Of a stretch of DNA of 64,000 nt, positions 24,166 through 37,849 are shown piece by piece. Below the pieces are notes generated by a model. That model saw only the letters and a program-made list of their open reading frames with translations. It did not search any database and was not told where the DNA came from. The DNA is taken from positions 1 through 64,000 of the forward strand of contig JAYWIR010000072.1 of NCBI GenBank assembly GCA_036172245.1, given 5' to 3'. Source of the stretch: Raillietiella orientalis (lineage: Eukaryota). Each line of letters begins with the position of its first letter. The first letter of the stretch is position 1. The translations under genes and the position numbers were made by a program.

Positions 24166-26650
24166 TTCTCACCCGGTTGCGACTGGGCGTTTATTTTTCC
24201 GAATTAAACGGCAGTCTGTGGCTTAACTGGTGGTTTAGCCACGCACTAATGAACAACAATAAATCTGCAGGGTCACAGCTTCGCAGTCCGGTATGGTCCA
24301 CCACGACAGCAGAGGGAACAGGGAGAAAACAAAAAGATATAACAAATATAAAGAATTTGTATATTTAAAAACAAGATCTAAAAGGCACAGGAAAAGATCG
24401 CAGTCTGCTGTGGGGCCATTACATCCTTTCTAGGATGCCGGCAAGCGGTTCCTTGATTGATGAATCCAGATGGTGCATTCAGTCGCTGTCCTCATAAATT
24501 CGACTGCGCATTGGACGGCACCCTCATCGCGTGGTCCAAACGTTGCCTTGCTACAGGCAGCGACGATCTTGCGGAAGCAGCACAGGGCTGCTAACGAGAA
24601 TGAGGGCCGAAGGAAGTCGGAAACAAAGAGGGATCTAATTGCGTTTCTGCTGTTGCCACAGGGGATTTCGATTGCTGCGGCGAAGCGGTTGGAATGGGGC
24701 CGAAGAGCCTCACAATCCATAAGGAAGTGAAGGAGGGAATGCCGTTCTCGACACCTTACACAATTACGGTATACCGCTCCCTAGGTCCAATGGTGTCGGC
24801 AGAGGTTGCAGGGGAGTCCCCAAAACAGCAGCAGTAGCGCCGGATCCTGCTATTTGAAGGAGAGGATGGAGGTGTTTATCAGAACCGGGGGCCACTTCAG
24901 TTGTTCCGGAGGAACCTTTAGCAGCTCACCACAGCGCAAAAGTTCAATAGGGGTGATAATCTGGACTACAGTATCGCCAAGAATCCCAGTTTTCCATTCC
25001 TCGATCTTTTTCTCTGTACCGGAGATTTTAGCAACCACTTCCCATGTCGCCGCAGTATTGCTGTTCAGATGGTCCACGAGGTAGAACAGCATTGAAGCGA
25101 GGGGAGTTTTTCTTTTATATGCTCGTTTGTGGGGGTTCTCCACCATCTCCCGCAGCGTGAGGTGGTAGTTGAGCGCAAACAGTTGTGTGCGATATTGATC
25201 GGCGCGTCGCTCGTTGCTCCTCGCTCACGTGAAAGCAGTTTCCTGGAGCCAGCCATTTCCATTAAGTGGGCAACAGAAGAGCCTTTCCGCGTTCATCCTC
25301 TTCGGATCAGCCACTTTAAGCAACTTTAAACCGCAGCGACCGACTTGGCGGCGACAACGGAGCGATAGGAAGGATGAGACTCCCACCTTGCTCTCCTACA
25401 GTTTCACGAGGAGACGTGCAGGATCGCATCAGCTACTACTCCAATACTTTGCCACTAGGGAGACTAACCGAAACTGGAGCTGGAGCTGCAGCCTCTCCAG
25501 CGTCAGGTGACCGAGACAGCCATCCGCAAGCGGAGCGCTCAAGTTCGCGAGCGGGACTCGGGCTCTCCCCCTACCACACGGGGCAATCCTTAGGTGGTCC
25601 TTCGTCTGCTTTATGGTCTCTGCAATAAGAGGGCCAACAAAAAGTAGGGAACGGAGAAGGGGTTCGCGAACGTGTTCCACACCGCGTCCCATTCCGTCAG
25701 GAAAAACCTGCGGCCTTGGAACGGGCCGATTGCCGTCTCTACCTTCTCAAGGCAGCTGGACCACTCATCCGATGGGAGATGATACCCCATAGGTAAACCG
25801 AGGTACTTGGAGTACCGTACCTTGTGGATCATCAAACAAACCCAGTCCGGCTGCCCTGCCCACGCCGCACCGAGTGGCATGACAGACAACTTCGGCCTGT
25901 TCACCTTAAGCCCGGTTCCTTGACTTTGCAGGTCGAGGAACTCCTAGACCTCAAATGCCAGGATGGACATAGGAAGCAGCAGCAGTCAATCGTCCGCGTA
26001 CGCTGAAATCGCCTGCGTACCGGCGTACTTGAGCGGAATGTGCGCTAGAGTTTGCCTATACCCTCTCAATAACAGCACAAACTGGTAGTGAATAACAAGC
26101 GGCTCAGCCTGTCACCCTGCTGAATCCGACGCCGCACCTGCACGCCGTGCACAGTAAGCCCGTTGAAAGCAAAATTGAATATCGCGTCGCCCCAGCTGTA
26201 GCGTAGATTGGCCAATAATGATTCCGAAAAGCCCATGCATTCCAGAAGCTCCAGCACGTGATTCTGGTCCACGCAATGAAATGCTTTCCGCAGGTCGACT
26301 GCGCCCGCAAGAGCTCTTACCCAACCGACAATCCGGTCCGTTGCCTGCGAACTTACCTGAATTTCGGTTGCGAATCATGCTCATTCAATGAACGAGCTCT
26401 AGACAGGTAAAGGCGTGTAACATTTTCGCCTCCATGCTTCGCCCGGGAACAGCATATGTCTACTCCGGGAAGGTAAAGACGTTTGCAATTCGTCCCAGGC
26501 GCTCTACCTAAACCTTTGCCAGCAAGTTGGCGTCCGCATTCACTATTGTGATGAGACGCCAGCTGTTGATGCTCCTCAGATCTCCTCCCATAAAAAGAAG
26601 CCGCACCTTCGCCGAACGAAACGAGGCGGAAACGTCACCTGTCTCGTTGT
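24166..26650 (-). mobile_element. LINE, decayed ORF2 from RT to 3' end
   Basis: RRIQQGDRLSRLLF, DGCLGHLTLERLQLQLQFR; 3' end reads ttctcacccggttgcgactgggcgtttatt on +. Confidence 0.92.
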
Positions 26651-26667
26651 ATTAGCAAGGTGAATCG

Positions 26668-27600
26668 AGGTACCAGGTAAAAAGATCCACGTTCCGGCGG
26701 GCACAAAGAACACTTGCCTGAAAAGGTATGGCCGCTGGACGCTGCAGGATATCGTGCAGTCCTGCGACGTGCTTCTTAGGCTTTGATTACTCATCTTGCT
26801 CCAGTGATGCCTTTCTTGTCAGCTCTAGTGACAGCAGCGAGCAGGGGAAATGAATGGTCTACTGCAACATTGACGGCAGGACACAAATGAGTAAGGTGTA
26901 GACATCGCGGCATCTAGCGGAAGCTGCGACGCCGAGTGTCCCGCTCATCGAAATTTGACGATGGGGCGAGCTATTCGGACTATCTCCGGAGGAGATGAAG
27001 TGGAACTCAGCGTCCTGGAACAGTGGATCCCTCTCCCTGAAATGGCTGGCGTTGCTTGTCGAACATTAAGGTTTACCCTGCAAAGCACGACAGTATCACT
27101 GCACACGGGGGCTGTGAATCCCCAATGCGACCGGTGTGAAGAGAAAGAGACATTCCCCCACCTTCTTCTTGAGTGCAATGCTCTCCGCCCTTCATGGGAT
27201 CGCCTTGCGGAACTCCTGGACTTGCGCGGAAGCGGCCCTGAGGACGTTTTTAGGCGCCTCTTCTCTCGTGACGCATCGTCCCTGTCCGCTTGTGTAGCAG
27301 TCCTCTGCTGCATTCGAGGAATCGTGGAGGCTTCGTGCGCCACTAGAAGAAGGCGTCAGGCTAGCGCAATGTGTTCCCTTCCTTACCCTTCCTTCCCTAA
27401 AAGATTAATGCCCTCCCACGTTTGAACTTTTGTTTGTTTTGTTTCTTTTATCCCTAACCCGTGCATCGGAAGGACCTTGCCTGGTGAATTCTGGCAAGCA
27501 GCAAGCTGTTTTGGTGTGGTGGACCTTTGGGTTCGGCACGCAATAGGGCAATGTCTTTTTATTTTCTAAAAATAAGTGCCCAGGCATATCCGGGTGAGAA
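26668..27600 (+). mobile_element. LINE subfamily A, 5'-truncated 3' part
   Basis: Highly similar to 1340-2395; CDRCEEKETFPHLLLEC; ends catatccgggtgagaa. Confidence 0.92.
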
Positions 27601-28488
27601 CGTAGTAAACATCGACGGCCTCGTTGCCGACGTCCACTCTGAGCTGTAGCCCGCCGTTTGCGTTGACGGTCACACGCGCTGCCTCCATGCCACTGAACAA
27701 TCTTTCGTAACTTTGGAAGACGTTCGGCTTGGTCCAGAGCGCTTGCACCATACCTTATTTACTGAGTCCCTCCTTCACGAGGCTTTTCGACATTTGGAGG
27801 GTAACTCCCGTGTGGTGCGTTACCACAGAGCGGTCTTCGGTAACCGAGAAGACGTTTCTGCCTTCCAGCATGCCGAGGGAATTAAGCAGGCGCTGAGCCA
27901 GGCTTGTATCCGTTCAAGTTGCTCCCATCGCTGACCCGCACTCAGCACTGAAACGCCTTCCAGGTCCTCCTCTTTTACGTTCAACCGCTTCAACTCCCTG
28001 TCGAAATTGCAGGTGGTATTCTCCAGAAACAAATTTCCTACACTTGTAAATCAACGACGGCTTGAATACTTGTTCATGGAAGGCACGCTGATCTGCTATA
28101 GCTGCAGGAGATGGCGCTGCAGCCATGACGCTCCAGGTCTTCGTGGTTGGTGAAGGCGGATCCACGGACGCCGTTGCCCCCTTTTTCGAGGGGGCGGTTG
28201 CGCCCTTTTCCAGGAGCGTGCTTGTTTTTTTTTTCAAAGTGGGCGGTTGCCCTTTCATCCGAGGGGGCGGTTGCTCCTTTTCCAAGGGGGCGGTTGTCCT
28301 CTACTCCGTGGGGGCAATTGCACCCACCTCCGTAGGTTGGGGAGCGGAACAAGCCTCTCCCTCTTCAATATCCATCGCGGTGTCCTCAGGCATTCCTACC
28401 ATTGCACACCGGCGATATACCACTCACAAACAAACTGAAAAAAGCTTCGCAAACTTATGCGTCAAAAGCGCAGAGAAAACACGTTCGC
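27601..28488 (-). mobile_element. LINE 5' UTR plus N-terminal ORF1
   Basis: 5' motif gcgaacgtgttttctc; FKPSLIYK; AARVTV...VDVYY. Confidence 0.88.
28170..28330 (-). repeat. ~24-bp tandem repeat (about 6-7 degenerate units) in ORF1 N-terminus
   Basis: Repeated gggggcggttgc.cc.tt unit on +, encoding P-x-E/K-K-G-A-T-A-like octapeptides. Confidence 0.8.
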
Positions 28489-31227
28489 ACGCATCCCGTG
28501 CTCGAGAGCGCCGCCCGAGCGGGATGTTTCACGACTCTTGCTTCCGGAAGGCGCAGCAGCTATCCGGAGGTAGGAGAGAAAGTCCATCGACCAGCCTTTC
28601 ACGAAGGGCGATATCATCTCAGCCAACGGAAAGCTCAAGAGGTGCAAGGCACCAGGGGAGGACGGCCTGCCGGCGAAGTTTTAGCATACTTTCGCGGCAG
28701 AGCTAACTCCCCTGGTACATCAACTTACCTTGCTGATACGCAAGACAGGTGACGTTCCTACTCGTTCCGATCGGAAAAGGTGCGGTTCCCCACTAATGGA
28801 GATCTAAGGAGCATGAAAAACTGGCACCATCACAATGGTGAATGCTGACGCCAAGTTGCTAGCCAATCTTTGGGCATAGCAAATGCGAATGGTTGTAAAC
28901 GCCTTCATCAGCCCGGGGCAGACATGCACCGGGCTGATGCATCGCGTGCATCACGCAGGAGGTGTTCACGTGCGATGCCTGGAGGCAAACCTGTTTCAAG
29001 CTTCCACATGGTTAGAGCTCCAACAACGAAGGGGCTTATTGAGCAACCGGAATTCCAATGCGTTCGTCGGTGGAAGTCGGGATGGTCGGGTGGGGGAGAT
29101 AACCCTTGCGGTCGCTGTCGACTTGCGTAAGGCATTCGACAGCTTCGACCAGAATCTCATGCTGGAGCTTCTGGAACGCTTGGGCTTCCCGGCCTCTTTG
29201 TTGGCCTACCTGCGCTCGAGATGGCGCGATGCACTCATTAACGTCTTCTTCAGCGAGCAAACCGTGAACGCCGTACCGGTGCGACGCGGCATACGGAAGG
29301 GAGACAGACTGAGCCCCTTGCTCTTCAGCGCCTTTTTAAAATTGGTGCTGAGATCGTATAGGGTGACTCTGACGCTCCTGCCGCGCGAATGTCCCAGTAC
29401 ACCTGCGGTTTTGGCATACGCGGAAGAACTGCTGCTTCTGCTACCTATGTCCGCCCCGGCTTCGGAGATCGAGGAGTATTTCGACCAGCTGACTCGTGGA
29501 ACAGGACTAACGGTGAACAGGGCGAAGTCGACCGTCATGCCAATCGGAGAGACGTGGGCAGGGAAGCAGAACTGGGTCCGTTTGTGGATCCCCACGGTGA
29601 GGTACTTAAGGACTTTGGTGTGCCTTTAGGGAATTATTCCCTTGCGGAAACGTGCTCCGGCTGCCTTCAGAAGGCTCAGGGGACGATCGACCCGTTCCAG
29701 AACGGAAGTTTATTCCTTCAGGAACGATCCGGCGTGGAATGCGTTTGCGGCTCCCCTGCTCCGTCCGTTGCTTTCTGTTTGCCTTCTACTCTGCGGGATC
29801 AAGGAAAAGGACGAAGGAGCTGCTAAGGATCGCTTTTCGGGGAACAAGAAGACCCTGAGTCCGTCTTTCGGATTTGTGCGTTCTTCGTCGAGATGGTGGT
29901 CTGGGCCTCCTAACGCTGCAGCGGCTGGAGCTTCAGTTCCAGTTTCGGATAGTTGCTTTAATGACAAATAAGTGGTAATCCCCCTGGTGCGTCCCTGCAC
30001 GTCCCCTCGTCGAGCAGAGAAACCAAGGGAAACTTGGGAATCTCGTCCTACTTTGCACTTCGAAGACCGAAATGCCACTGCAAAATCCAGCTTCAGAGGG
30101 CGGCCAAACAAGTAAAGACCAACATGAGATCGTTCTTCGTACGCTTCGCGAACGGTACTGCCTGGCTGCCGGAAACCTTTCGCACGTGGGCAATGACTCA
30201 AGAGCAGAGCCCTCAATACGAGCAAATAGCTCTTTTCCGACCGCACGTCCACCGCACGCTCCGAGAAATCGTCCAGGATCCCCGAAGTGGAGCGTGGGCA
30301 CAATGAACCTTCTTTGCTGCGGTACTGCCTACCCTACGGGATCATGTATGAAGCGACATCGCGGCACAATGGGAGGTTGCTGTTAAGATCGCCAACAGGA
30401 TAAAGAAGATCGGTGATTGAAGAACGGGCCGGCTGACCAACGCTGCGACTCCGAGGACCACCCTAAAATGACTGTTGCGCAGGGGCGAGCTAATGAATGT
30501 TTTGGAAGAACATCGCGAGAGGCTCCCGGTGCTCATGGTCTCGAACACTGTCCCAATTAAATGACAACATTCGGCACTGCTAGTGTTGCATTGGGAACTT
30601 CCCTGCAACTCCCGCGACACCACTGGTCGCAGGGGGGTGTCAACCCTAATTGTGTGAGGTGTAAGGAGAGGAAAAATCTCACTCACCTGTTAGTGGATTG
30701 TATTGCCCTTCGTCCCTTGCGGGAATTCTTTGCCGCGGCCCTGGGTATCTCCGGAGGCAACCCCTGAGGCGCTTTTCGCCCCTTTTTCGTCTAATTCGCT
30801 TTGCCTACAGCGGCCTGGCTTGTAGCTTAGTGCTGCCTACGCGGGATCGTCGTGACACGGAGCAAAGCGACACGAGGATCCAGAGACGGGCATGCCACCG
30901 TGTATGCCGCCCGCTTCCTGCGGTTGAGGACGCGATGTCCCATCTAAAGTCCTCCATTCAGCAACAGCTTACCGGCATCCTTTACAGGATGATGGACCCT
31001 CTCAGCAGGCAGTGTTCTTTTTCCGCTCCCTCCCCAGTTTTGTTAATTTTTTTGTTTTCTTTTTGTTTCGTTCCCCCTCCCCTCGGCTGCCTAGGTCGAC
31101 CGCGCCGGTCGGCACTACGGTAGCCCGGCTTGCTGATACTTTCTAGGGCGTGGCTGTACTGCTGGTTCACTCACAGTGTAGATAGGTTTATTTGACAAAA
31201 TAAACGTCCCGGCGAAGCGGGATTCAG
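28489..31227 (+). mobile_element. LINE subfamily E, ORF2 from linker and RT to 3' end, decayed
   Basis: VDLRKAFDSFD, RGIRKGDRLSP, AYAEE; homologous to 49736-51304 plus 56812-57474. Confidence 0.93.
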
Positions 31228-31378
31228 TCGAGCGCCGATGCCTGCATGAACGCAGGAAGCAGAAGCAGAAACTTTTCGGCATAGGTCGACACGGCATGGG
31301 TGCCAGGACATGAGCTCGGTACGGTGCCAAAGTCTCCTTGTATGCTCTTAGCACCAACTCAAACTAGATGCTGAAGTT
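31228..31378 (-). mobile_element. Short RT fragment (YADD region)
   Basis: ELVLRAYKETLAP...AYAEKFLLLLP. Confidence 0.75.
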
Positions 31379-31379
31379 C

Positions 31380-32264
31380 ATGACAGCGATGTTGCGGCGA
31401 AGTGGGCTTTCGAAGCAATCATCTCCGGAAAAGAGAAGAAGCTGGGAGAGTGGAAGTCGGGCCAGTCAACAGATGCTGTGACCCCGAACACGCCTCCCAA
31501 TGGACTCCTGAGCGGGATCGCGCTGCTCTATTTTCCGAATGAACATCTAAAATGTCTTCGTTGCTAAGAAACAAGTCCACGCTTCCGTCAAAATGACAGA
31601 AGTCGGCTCTACTGTTGAAGCATTATGGACTCCATTGCAACACCCGCCGACACCACTGGACCTGAAAGCGGTCGATGCCAACTGTGTAAGGTGTGAGGAA
31701 CAAGAATCCATCCCCCACCTCCTAGTGGATTGTGTTGTTCTTCGTCCCCTTTGGTTCCGCTTTGCCGTGGCCTTCGGAATCCACTGCGGCAACCCCAGGG
31801 ACTCTTTAAAAGCCTTATTCGTTGCCGACGCCCTCCGGCCAGCGGCCTCGAGAGCCGCCTTGTGCTGCCTTTGCGGGATTATTGCTGCATGGAGCATGGC
31901 CACCGAAAGACCATGCGATGAGGAGGTCATCCAGTGAGCGCCCCCTTTCCTGAGGAGGGCATCGCGAGTGCCAAATATGGATTCGCTATTGCACAAAGAG
32001 CTTGCCGGCATCCTGAGAAGGATGATACGGTCCCAGCAGCAACAGTGATATCTTCCCGTACCCTCCCACTTTTTTTGTTCTTTTGTTTAATTTTTTGTTT
32101 TACCCCCTTCCCCGTGCTGCCTAGGAGGACTGAACGGGTTTGCGAACCGTTGATCCGACAGGCTCCGCGTTTCTTCGTGCGTGGCAGGAGCATTGCTGCA
32201 GCCACTGTCATCTTCTTGTAAAGTTTATTCTTAAATAAACGACCCGGGAAAATCCAGTTGAAAA
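31380..32264 (+). mobile_element. LINE 3' part (Zn finger plus 3' UTR)
   Basis: CVRCEEQESIPHLLVDC; gtttattcttaaataaacgacccgggaaaatccagttgaaaa. Confidence 0.9.
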
Positions 32265-32288
32265 TCAAATCCTTTACGCGCGTTAGGA

Positions 32289-33424
32289 CAGGCGTATTTT
32301 CTCGTTGCTCCTTGTGCCAGAAACTTTGCCTAGGTGCAAGCATTGTGTGGTTCGGTGGTCGAACAGGCCTGAGAAGAACAACAGTGAGTGTCAGGAGGTG
32401 GCGGCAACGTCGTTATCAGTGGCGATGAAAGTGCGGGCATCGGCACCCACATTGTAGTTCCCCGCTGCAGCGCGGGTGTTAAGTGCCGTCGTAACGACAC
32501 CATTACCGGCAGGATCGGTGGAATATTCAGCCTATGTGGAGGAGGGGAACAACCCCTCACTGATCTACAGGGTAGGCAATCATTAATGTTCTAAAAGCGT
32601 GCGCCAATTCTCGAGAGGGATGAATCCTCTCAATGTACAAAAGGAGGAGCTCTGCGCTTTGACCATCCGCAGCGGGGGGCAGTACGTTGAGAGATCTGAA
32701 AATACGAAGATCTGGCCCAACGTCTGACCAAAACCAACGTGGTCATGGAAACAGGCAGACAGCCTTCCGGTCCCCATTAAGACGGACCCCAGTATGGTGG
32801 TCCACCTTTTAGAAGTGACCGCGCGAATGCCGATAGATTGAGTACGCGCCGCGTTGGGAGAACAAGGCACGGTCCATGCAGTGTAAACCAAGCCTAGTCC
32901 TTTCGAAAACCATACTAAACTTCAATGCGGCTTGATGGCTGCACGAGTAACCATAAGGCTCTACCCTTCTTCACAAAATGGTATTTGTTGGCGGAAGCGT
33001 CGATCTCTGGTACGTGGGAAAGCCCAAATTCTGTGACTTCTGCAACGAGTCGGGACACCTCAAAAGGAGATGCCCCAACGTACAGTGTCAAGTATTCGGG
33101 ACAATGGGCCACACAATGGAGGTGCTGTCAAAAGCTGCTGTGCGTAGGGTTTCCGTAAGGAACCTAAAAAACGCTTCCAGCTAATACAAAAAGGCTGGCC
33201 GCAAAACCTGCCGCTAAAGCTGTGCCACCCGCGCCCATGTTTCAGCACTCACTTGAAACCGCGGCAAAGTACGCCGAAAAGGTAGAGAGAATCGGCGAGG
33301 AACCCTGGTAGCAAGGTACAAAACCGAAAAGTTGGAAAGAGAAAGCCGACTAGAAAAGAAACTCGCCCACTGAAAGAAAATATAAGAGGGTAGCGAGATA
33401 AGGAAAGAATGCAGCGTCGTCGTA
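32289..33424 (+). mobile_element. LINE 5' UTR plus decayed ORF1
   Basis: 5' UTR homologous to the 8423 and 49668 copies; VDLWYVGKPKFCDFCNESGHLKRRC. Confidence 0.88.
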
Positions 33425-34440
33425 TATTACTCGGTTGCGCCTGTAGGTTTATTAATAATATCGTCTGGGAACTCTGCTCCCAAGCAAGGGGAACAGAATA
33501 TGGTAAAGAGGGCTCCCGGCTCCCAGGCCGGGCACACTGAGAGTTCGGAACGATAGGGAGAGGATAATAAATAAATAAATAGGGTGGAAAAATGGGGACA
33601 GGGGTATGCAGTCCAGCCGTTCTTATTCTCAGCGGAGGCGGTGAATGCCGGCAATCTCCATTCTCACTTTTGTTGCGAGGTGTGACCACCTGGCAGCCAT
33701 TTGCCGCTTGCAGTCTGCAGTGTCGGGGACCGATGTTATAACCGCTCGCACCTGCAATACGTGGCGGGCCCTGACAATGGCGCAGACGCAGCAGATGATT
33801 GCGAAGACAGCTCCAAGAGAAAGACCGCTACGCGTGAAGAAGTGGCGCATCCAATCCATTGTGGTGTGTCCGGGGTGCAGGAGCGCTGAAGACAGCCGCC
33901 GCCACAGCTCATGGAGGGCAGCGCATTCAAATAGCAAATGCGGAGGCGTTTCCACCGCTTCGCATGTTGCACAGTTCGAAGAAGCAATTCCCTAGGAAAC
34001 CAGGTGCGCCCGCTGGTTGCAGCACAGACCCCAATGCACCAGCAGAAGAGCGTCTTCATTCCAACGAAGGGTGAAGACATTCGCGTCCAAGCACGCAGAA
34101 GGGACCACAAGTTCTTCGGTGGGCACCCCGAGGAGCTCCCTCCACAAAGAAGTCCCTTGGCACGAAACCGAGGGGGGCAGCGTCTGCCAGCTCGCAAGTC
34201 CGCCAGCCGCCCAGCAGTCAGGTTTCGCCTGCGATTCCACAAGCGACCTCCCACTTCGCAGGTAGGTCACTGTCGTCTCGCATCATCAGTGCAGACAGTG
34301 ATTCGGCGAGTGACGTAGCGGCTAGGCGTGTCCACTGGTCCTGGTCTTCCAGCACCTCCCTCACTGCACAGTATGAGGAAAGGTCCACGTAACGGAGTTC
34401 CAAACGGGACACATTCTTTTGCGTTGCACAGGACGATAAG
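33425..34440 (-). mobile_element. LINE 3' part (C-related subfamily)
   Basis: VHWGLCCN, CATCEAVETPPHLLFEC; degenerate 3' terminus at ~33425. Confidence 0.88.
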
Positions 34441-34625
34441 GCCATCACCATCATTAGTATGATGCGTGGAATCGCCTCTTAAAGGCAGCTGCGTATGTCC
34501 TCTTGGAATGTTGACGGGCTAGGTAGCTAAAGCAAGAAGCGTAGCGTGGCCGACACCCTGCGACCTTTCGACCTGATACTTCTTCAAAAGGTTCACGCTC
34601 TCAGAGAAGAAGACGTCCAGGAGAT
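34441..34625 (+). mobile_element. LINE fragment: ORF1/ORF2 junction and EN start, interrupted at the QEI site
   Basis: SWNVDGLG...DTLRPFDLILLQKVHALREEDVQEI; homologous to 38290-38475. Confidence 0.85.
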
Positions 34626-37600
34626 TTCTCAGCAGGTTACGCCGAAGAGTTCATTTCATATAACATAAACACAAACAATCATATAAAATAAACCAGTTGG
34701 GAACCATGATCCCAACCGACGAATGAACAAGGATCAATATAAGATTGCTGGCACGCAGGCCAGAATAACAGTCTTGTTAACAATGTGTGGGGACAACGAA
34801 TACAAACAAACAAAAACAAAAGAAAAAGAAAACAATGAGGTACGCTGGGACAAGGGTCTTTGGGATCGCTCTGGTGCGTATCGGGATAAAAGTAATACAC
34901 CGAAATTTTAGCAGAGCGATAGGGGAATGGGTATGGGTGGGCAACAGATCAAAGTGGTCACCTATAACGCCGTTCCTGAAAGTCTGATGACACGCAATGG
35001 ATGCCGGCGATGTCCTGTTTGACCTCGTAACGAAGATAAAGCCACCTAGCAGCCTTTTTATAAATTATGCTGCAAACCGGTGAGCTTCCCTTCGCAGCGC
35101 TGGCAACCACAGGGCGTAGTGGGTGTTCACGATAACACGAATCCAACACATGGCTGTGACAATCGCGACTACCGAAAATACATTTCTGCTAAAGAAGCTT
35201 CGCGGCACATCAATGGCAGTGCCTTCCTGCGGCAGGATGGCTTTCGCCACAGTTCACGGAGGTTACCGCAGTCCAAAAAGAGCTGCGGAAAAGACTCGAT
35301 CTCTCCGCACCTCGAACAGTTTTGCAAAGCAGCTCCCACGGAAACGCTGCTACGCTCCAGATTACAGTGTGAAAAGAGCAGAAAATCTTGTTTCCACTTT
35401 GAGGGGAACACAGAGCTGTCCAAACAAACGGGGAGAACCACTCTTCGGGGTTACACTTAAATGCTCACTCCACCGAAGCAGGCCCTTGGCCCGATTACGA
35501 GGAGTTGCAGTTTCCACCAGCTTCTTTGCCGTCCAGCCGCCGAGGAGCATACTGATTCCCGCTATTATACAGTAGAACTCCCATTTCACCTGTAGGCAAC
35601 TGTCGTTGCTTAACTTGAAGGCCAGACAGCGCTGCAGCGAGTGGTGTGTCGGCCCGACGATCCTTCTTCTTCTTGTCCTGCATGACTTCGTCCTTTGGAT
35701 GACTGAGGAGGAGTCGCAGGCTTCAAAGATCTTCCGGGCGCGTTCCTAGCGAAGCTGCTCATGATAAAAAAGATTCCTGCCGCCATAAATTAATGTTCAT
35801 GGGGCGGCAGGAGATCCAACATTGGGATTTTAGCAGTGAGTACAGCTGCCTCAGCGAAAAACCAAACCCTATTCTGGTGTGCAGAAAGTAAAGCAGCAAC
35901 GAAAGCAGTCCCTCGCTTCCCGTGCAGCGCCTCAGTTTAAGGCATGCGGGTAAGCATCACGGCGTACACCACAGCTCGGGACAGAGCCGCAGCATACGAA
36001 GCTGCACCTGCAGCTCGATGCTTTTTCAGTCCAGGATGCCCAATCCTGCATCCTGAGGCGGCGCCACCAAGTCTTTCAGTCATACGCGGGACCTTGCAGC
36101 CCTCACGACGCTTTGCGTAGAAGGCGATGCGCTCAAACTTTGACTTCCTGGAGGGGTAAGCAAACAAAAAACAGGGGTAGAAGGAGGAAGTAACAAAGGT
36201 GTTTTAGATTCTGGCCTTTTGCGTCAAGACGAACTCGCCTCCTGAGAACGGGCCAAGTGCACGCTCTGCCTTATGAAGGCAGTCCGACCACGCTTCTGAG
36301 GTGCAGAAGTCGCCCAACCGCACGCCAAGGCACCTCAGGTACCTGCACGTGTAGATCCCTAGGTGGATATAGTCGGACTGCCCCTCCCACGTCGCTCCAA
36401 CCGGAACAACCATGCTGTTTCTCCTGTTGACGCTCACGCCCGCAGCGCGACGGATCAACTCAAAGAAATCTTCGCTCGACGCCGCCGGGGTGGACATGGG
36501 AAACAGGAGAAGCACGTCGTCGGCATAGGCTGCTACGGCCGGCGTACCTGGACAGGAGCTCGGCAGGTTGGCTAGCGTCAGCCTGTAAGCCTCCAGCACC
36601 ATTTCAAAATAGATGCTAAGGAGCAGCGGTGTCAAGCTATCGCCCTGTTTAATTCCTCGCCTAACCGGCACGCCGTACACGCGATAGCCACTGAAAACAA
36701 TGGATATAATCGCGTGGCTCCAGGAGGAGTGCAAGTACGCCAACAGGGATGCCGGAAGACCCAGACGTTCAAAGAGCTCAAGAAGAAGCTTTTGGTTCAC
36801 GCAATCAAAAGAATTGTACAAATCGACTGCAACTGCAAAGGCTACTGGGGTTTCGCTTTGCGACCCGTGCCTCCGTTAGTGAGAGATCGAAGGCGTCGCT
36901 TCCGCATGACGATCCATCGCCACGCGATGATTCAATGGTAGCCATGTGCGGATGAACAAGAGGTTCGCGTCCATGGACCGCCCAGGAACAGCATAGGTCT
37001 GCTCCGGAATCACCAAAGACTTCGCGATCCTCCCCATCCGCGCCACCCAAAGTTTCGAGAACAACTTGACGTCCGGGTTCACTAATGTGATCGGACGCCA
37101 ATTGCTCAGTTAGCGGAAATCTCTGCCTTTCGGCAGGTGACGAACCTTCCCTGAGTGAAGCGAGGCGGGGACATCGTACTCGTCTCGCATTAGCGACGAG
37201 AGTTGGAGCACCAGAGGGATGAGCTCCTCCGCAAAGCACTGGAAGAATTCCGCGAGGAGTCCTTCCTCGCCTGGCGCTTTTCGACTCTTTAGCCATGAGA
37301 TGGCCGAAGGAAATTACTCTGCCGTGAAGGGCTAATCAAGACGCGCGCGTGCCACCTCGTCTACAACAGTTGCATCAATCGTTAGAAGTAGCTCGAAGAG
37401 ACTGCGTTCCGTCGGTGCCTCTGCATACAGAGAAGAGTAATAGCGCCTGACTACCCGTCGCATGTCTGTTCGAGCCGAGCATTACCGGTCCTGGTCGTCG
37501 AGCAGATCTGTCTCTACAGACTGCCAAACATGACGCTCGGCCTTTGCCTTGTACTCGGATAATCGACCAACGTCCGCGCGCCTGGAGAAGGAGCAGGCCT

Positions 37601-37849
37601 GCAGAAAGACTCTGCGGTTGGCTACACCCTCTCCGAAGCCGCGCGGAAGCTATTGCAATGCATACCGACAGCAAAACTCGCGGATCGATCTTTTCAGATT
37701 GTCCCAATCCGATAGCTAACTTATCGCAAAGAATTGGCCATGTAGCACAAAACTGCATGGCCGACTTAACAGAAACACACAAGTACGTGCGAACACGCAC
37801 GCACAAAGATGCTCAATCGCGGACGCGGTGAGACTAAGAAACACGTCTG
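34626..37849 (-). mobile_element. LINE subfamily C with both termini but ORF1 and EN deleted
   Basis: 5' motif cagacgtgtttctt at 37836-37849 joined to post-EN DWDNLKRSIREFC; RGIKQGDSLTP, AYADD; 3' UTR matches 6160-6508. Confidence 0.9.
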
